In this document: one piece after another, positions 44,777-45,431 of the stretch
How positions within the stretch are numbered: position 1 is the first letter of the stretch
How the letters are laid out: each line of letters starts with the position of its first letter
DNA from: an uncultured Gammaproteobacteria bacterium
Lineage (GTDB): Bacteria > Patescibacteriota > Patescibacteriia > Patescibacteriales > UBA12465
Length of the DNA stretch: 45,431 nt
Direction of reading: 5' to 3'
NCBI GenBank assembly: GCA_964609365.1
Contig: CAZSRC010000002.1
Location: 1 to 45,431 of the forward strand
The notes under the pieces: generated by a model
Databases searched by the model: none
Told to the model about the DNA's origin: nothing
The model's input: the letters and a program-made list of their open reading frames with translations, nothing else
Position numbers and translations under genes: made by a program

Positions 44777-44835
44777 ATATATAATAATTTTATAAATATT
44801 TTAAAAATATTAATTTTTTGTATTTTTAAATAATT

Positions 44836-44872
44836 TTGATAGAGAAAATATTTTTCTTTATCAAATTTTTTT
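44836..44872 (+). terminator. 13-bp hairpin plus T-tract after alaS, abutting the infA start
   Basis: TTGATAGAGAAAA (44836-44848) pairs with TTTTCTTTATCAA (44852-44864) with one G:U pair and a 3-nt loop, then ATTTTTTT up to 44872. Confidence 0.55.
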
Positions 44873-44878
44873 GTGTTA

Positions 44879-45118
44879 ATGGATAATAAAAACAATACAA
44901 CTATTGATTCTAAGGATTTCATCGAATTAAAAGGTGAAATATTGGAATTAATGCCAGCAGCTAATTTTAAGATAAAATTAGAAAATGGTCATGAGATTCT
45001 TGGACATTTGTCCGGAAAGATGAGAATGAATAAAATAAGGTTACTTCCTGGTGATAGGGTCAAGATTCAAATGAGTCCTTATGATCTTAGTAAGGGAAGA
45101 ATTACCTTTCGTCTTTAA
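44879..45118 (+). CDS. infA: Translation initiation factor IF-1
   Basis: S1-like fold sequence [67 protein letters not shown] 44879 is preferred over GTG 44873. Confidence 0.92.
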   Translation: MDNKNNTTIDSKDFIELKGEILELMPAANFKIKLENGHEILGHLSGKMRMNKIRLLPGDRVKIQMSPYDLSKGRITFRL

Positions 45119-45178
45119 ATTATATTTGCTAATTAAGAAAAGCAGTTTTAAAACTAAGTTTTAGCTGTTAAAAATATT

Positions 45179-45292
45179 ATGAAAGTTAGAGCTAGTGCTA
45201 AAAAAATTTGTAAAGATTGTAAGGTTGTCAGACGTGATGGCAGAGTTCATGTTATTTGTAAAAACCCTAAACATAAACAAAGACAAGGTTAA
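45179..45292 (+). CDS. rpmJ: 50S ribosomal protein L36
   Basis: My own translation is [37 protein letters not shown] (37 aa). It is below the ORF-track size cutoff. It sits in the canonical infA-rpmJ-rpsM order. Confidence 0.92.
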   Translation: MKVRASAKKICKDCKVVRRDGRVHVICKNPKHKQRQG

Positions 45293-45316
45293 TAAATCCT
45301 AAAGTTTTATATATCT

Positions 45317-45431
45317 ATGGCAGTAAGAATCGCAGGAATTAATATTCCTAATGACAAAAGAATAGAAATTGCTTTAACCTATATTTACGGTATTGGTAAA
45401 GTTAAAGCTAATAGAATCTTAGCTGAAGCTA
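45317..45431 (+). CDS. rpsM: 30S ribosomal protein S13 (N-terminal fragment, runs off the window)
   Basis: My own translation is [38 protein letters not shown]..., a typical S13 N-terminus. Confidence 0.9.
   Translation, partial: MAVRIAGINIPNDKRIEIALTYIYGIGKVKANRILAEA

Noticed and set aside
45119-45178. Hairpin or terminator between infA and rpmJ.
   Set aside because: Only short, imperfect AT pairings can be drawn (AAAACT with AGTTTT, with a 1-nt loop). No stable stem or U-tract is present.
1-45431. Alternative genetic code (UGA as Gly or Trp), as in some candidate phyla.
   Set aside because: Conserved genes are full-length with no in-frame TGA. TGA serves as the stop where homolog lengths and downstream gene starts agree, for example at the murC end 41864-41866 and the GT4 end 19996-19998. 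Trp positions are TGG.

Overview
The window is a very AT-rich (by eye about a quarter to a third G+C, not computed), gene-dense bacterial chromosomal segment using the standard genetic code. TGA terminates full-length conserved genes and Trp is TGG. About 50 protein genes, one partial tRNA and no rRNA, CRISPR array or recognisable mobile element are visible. Gene content from left to right:
- tRNA-Thr 3' half, mtaB-like radical-SAM enzyme, orphan histidine kinase, LemA, an untracked 50-aa membrane ORF and HtpX.
- Pyruvate kinase, U32 protein, ruvA, proS, mreBCD and a PfkB kinase.
- A stand-alone receiver protein followed by a MacAB-like exporter: a very long HlyD-type adaptor, an ABC ATPase and two FtsX-type permeases.
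- A second mreB paralog.
- A dispersed envelope-glycan gene set: three GT4 genes, DUF3048, rfbCBDA (dTDP-rhamnose), a GT2+DUF2304 pair and a 658-aa polytopic membrane protein. It is interleaved with rpmE-prfA-prmC, hisS, a DEAD-box helicase and a methyltransferase.
- A reduced dcw block (mraY-ftsW-murG-murC-murB), alaS, and infA-rpmJ-rpsM.
Several enzymes lack accessory domains: ProRS has no INS domain, AlaRS has no C-Ala domain and pyruvate kinase has no C domain. Almost no gene has a Shine-Dalgarno motif. Both points fit a reduced-genome, CPR/Patescibacteria-like organism, but that is an inference. I see no clear novel system. The best candidates for follow-up are:
1. An orphan, tightly coupled two-gene cassette (255-aa charged protein plus 93-aa Cys-rich protein) at the end of a glycosyltransferase operon.
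2. A 71-nt GC-rich rod-like hairpin between two GT4 genes.
3. The exporter, whose adaptor has about 360 residues of helical insert, with its adjacent receiver and second MreB.
4. A hairpin that sequesters the SD of htpX.
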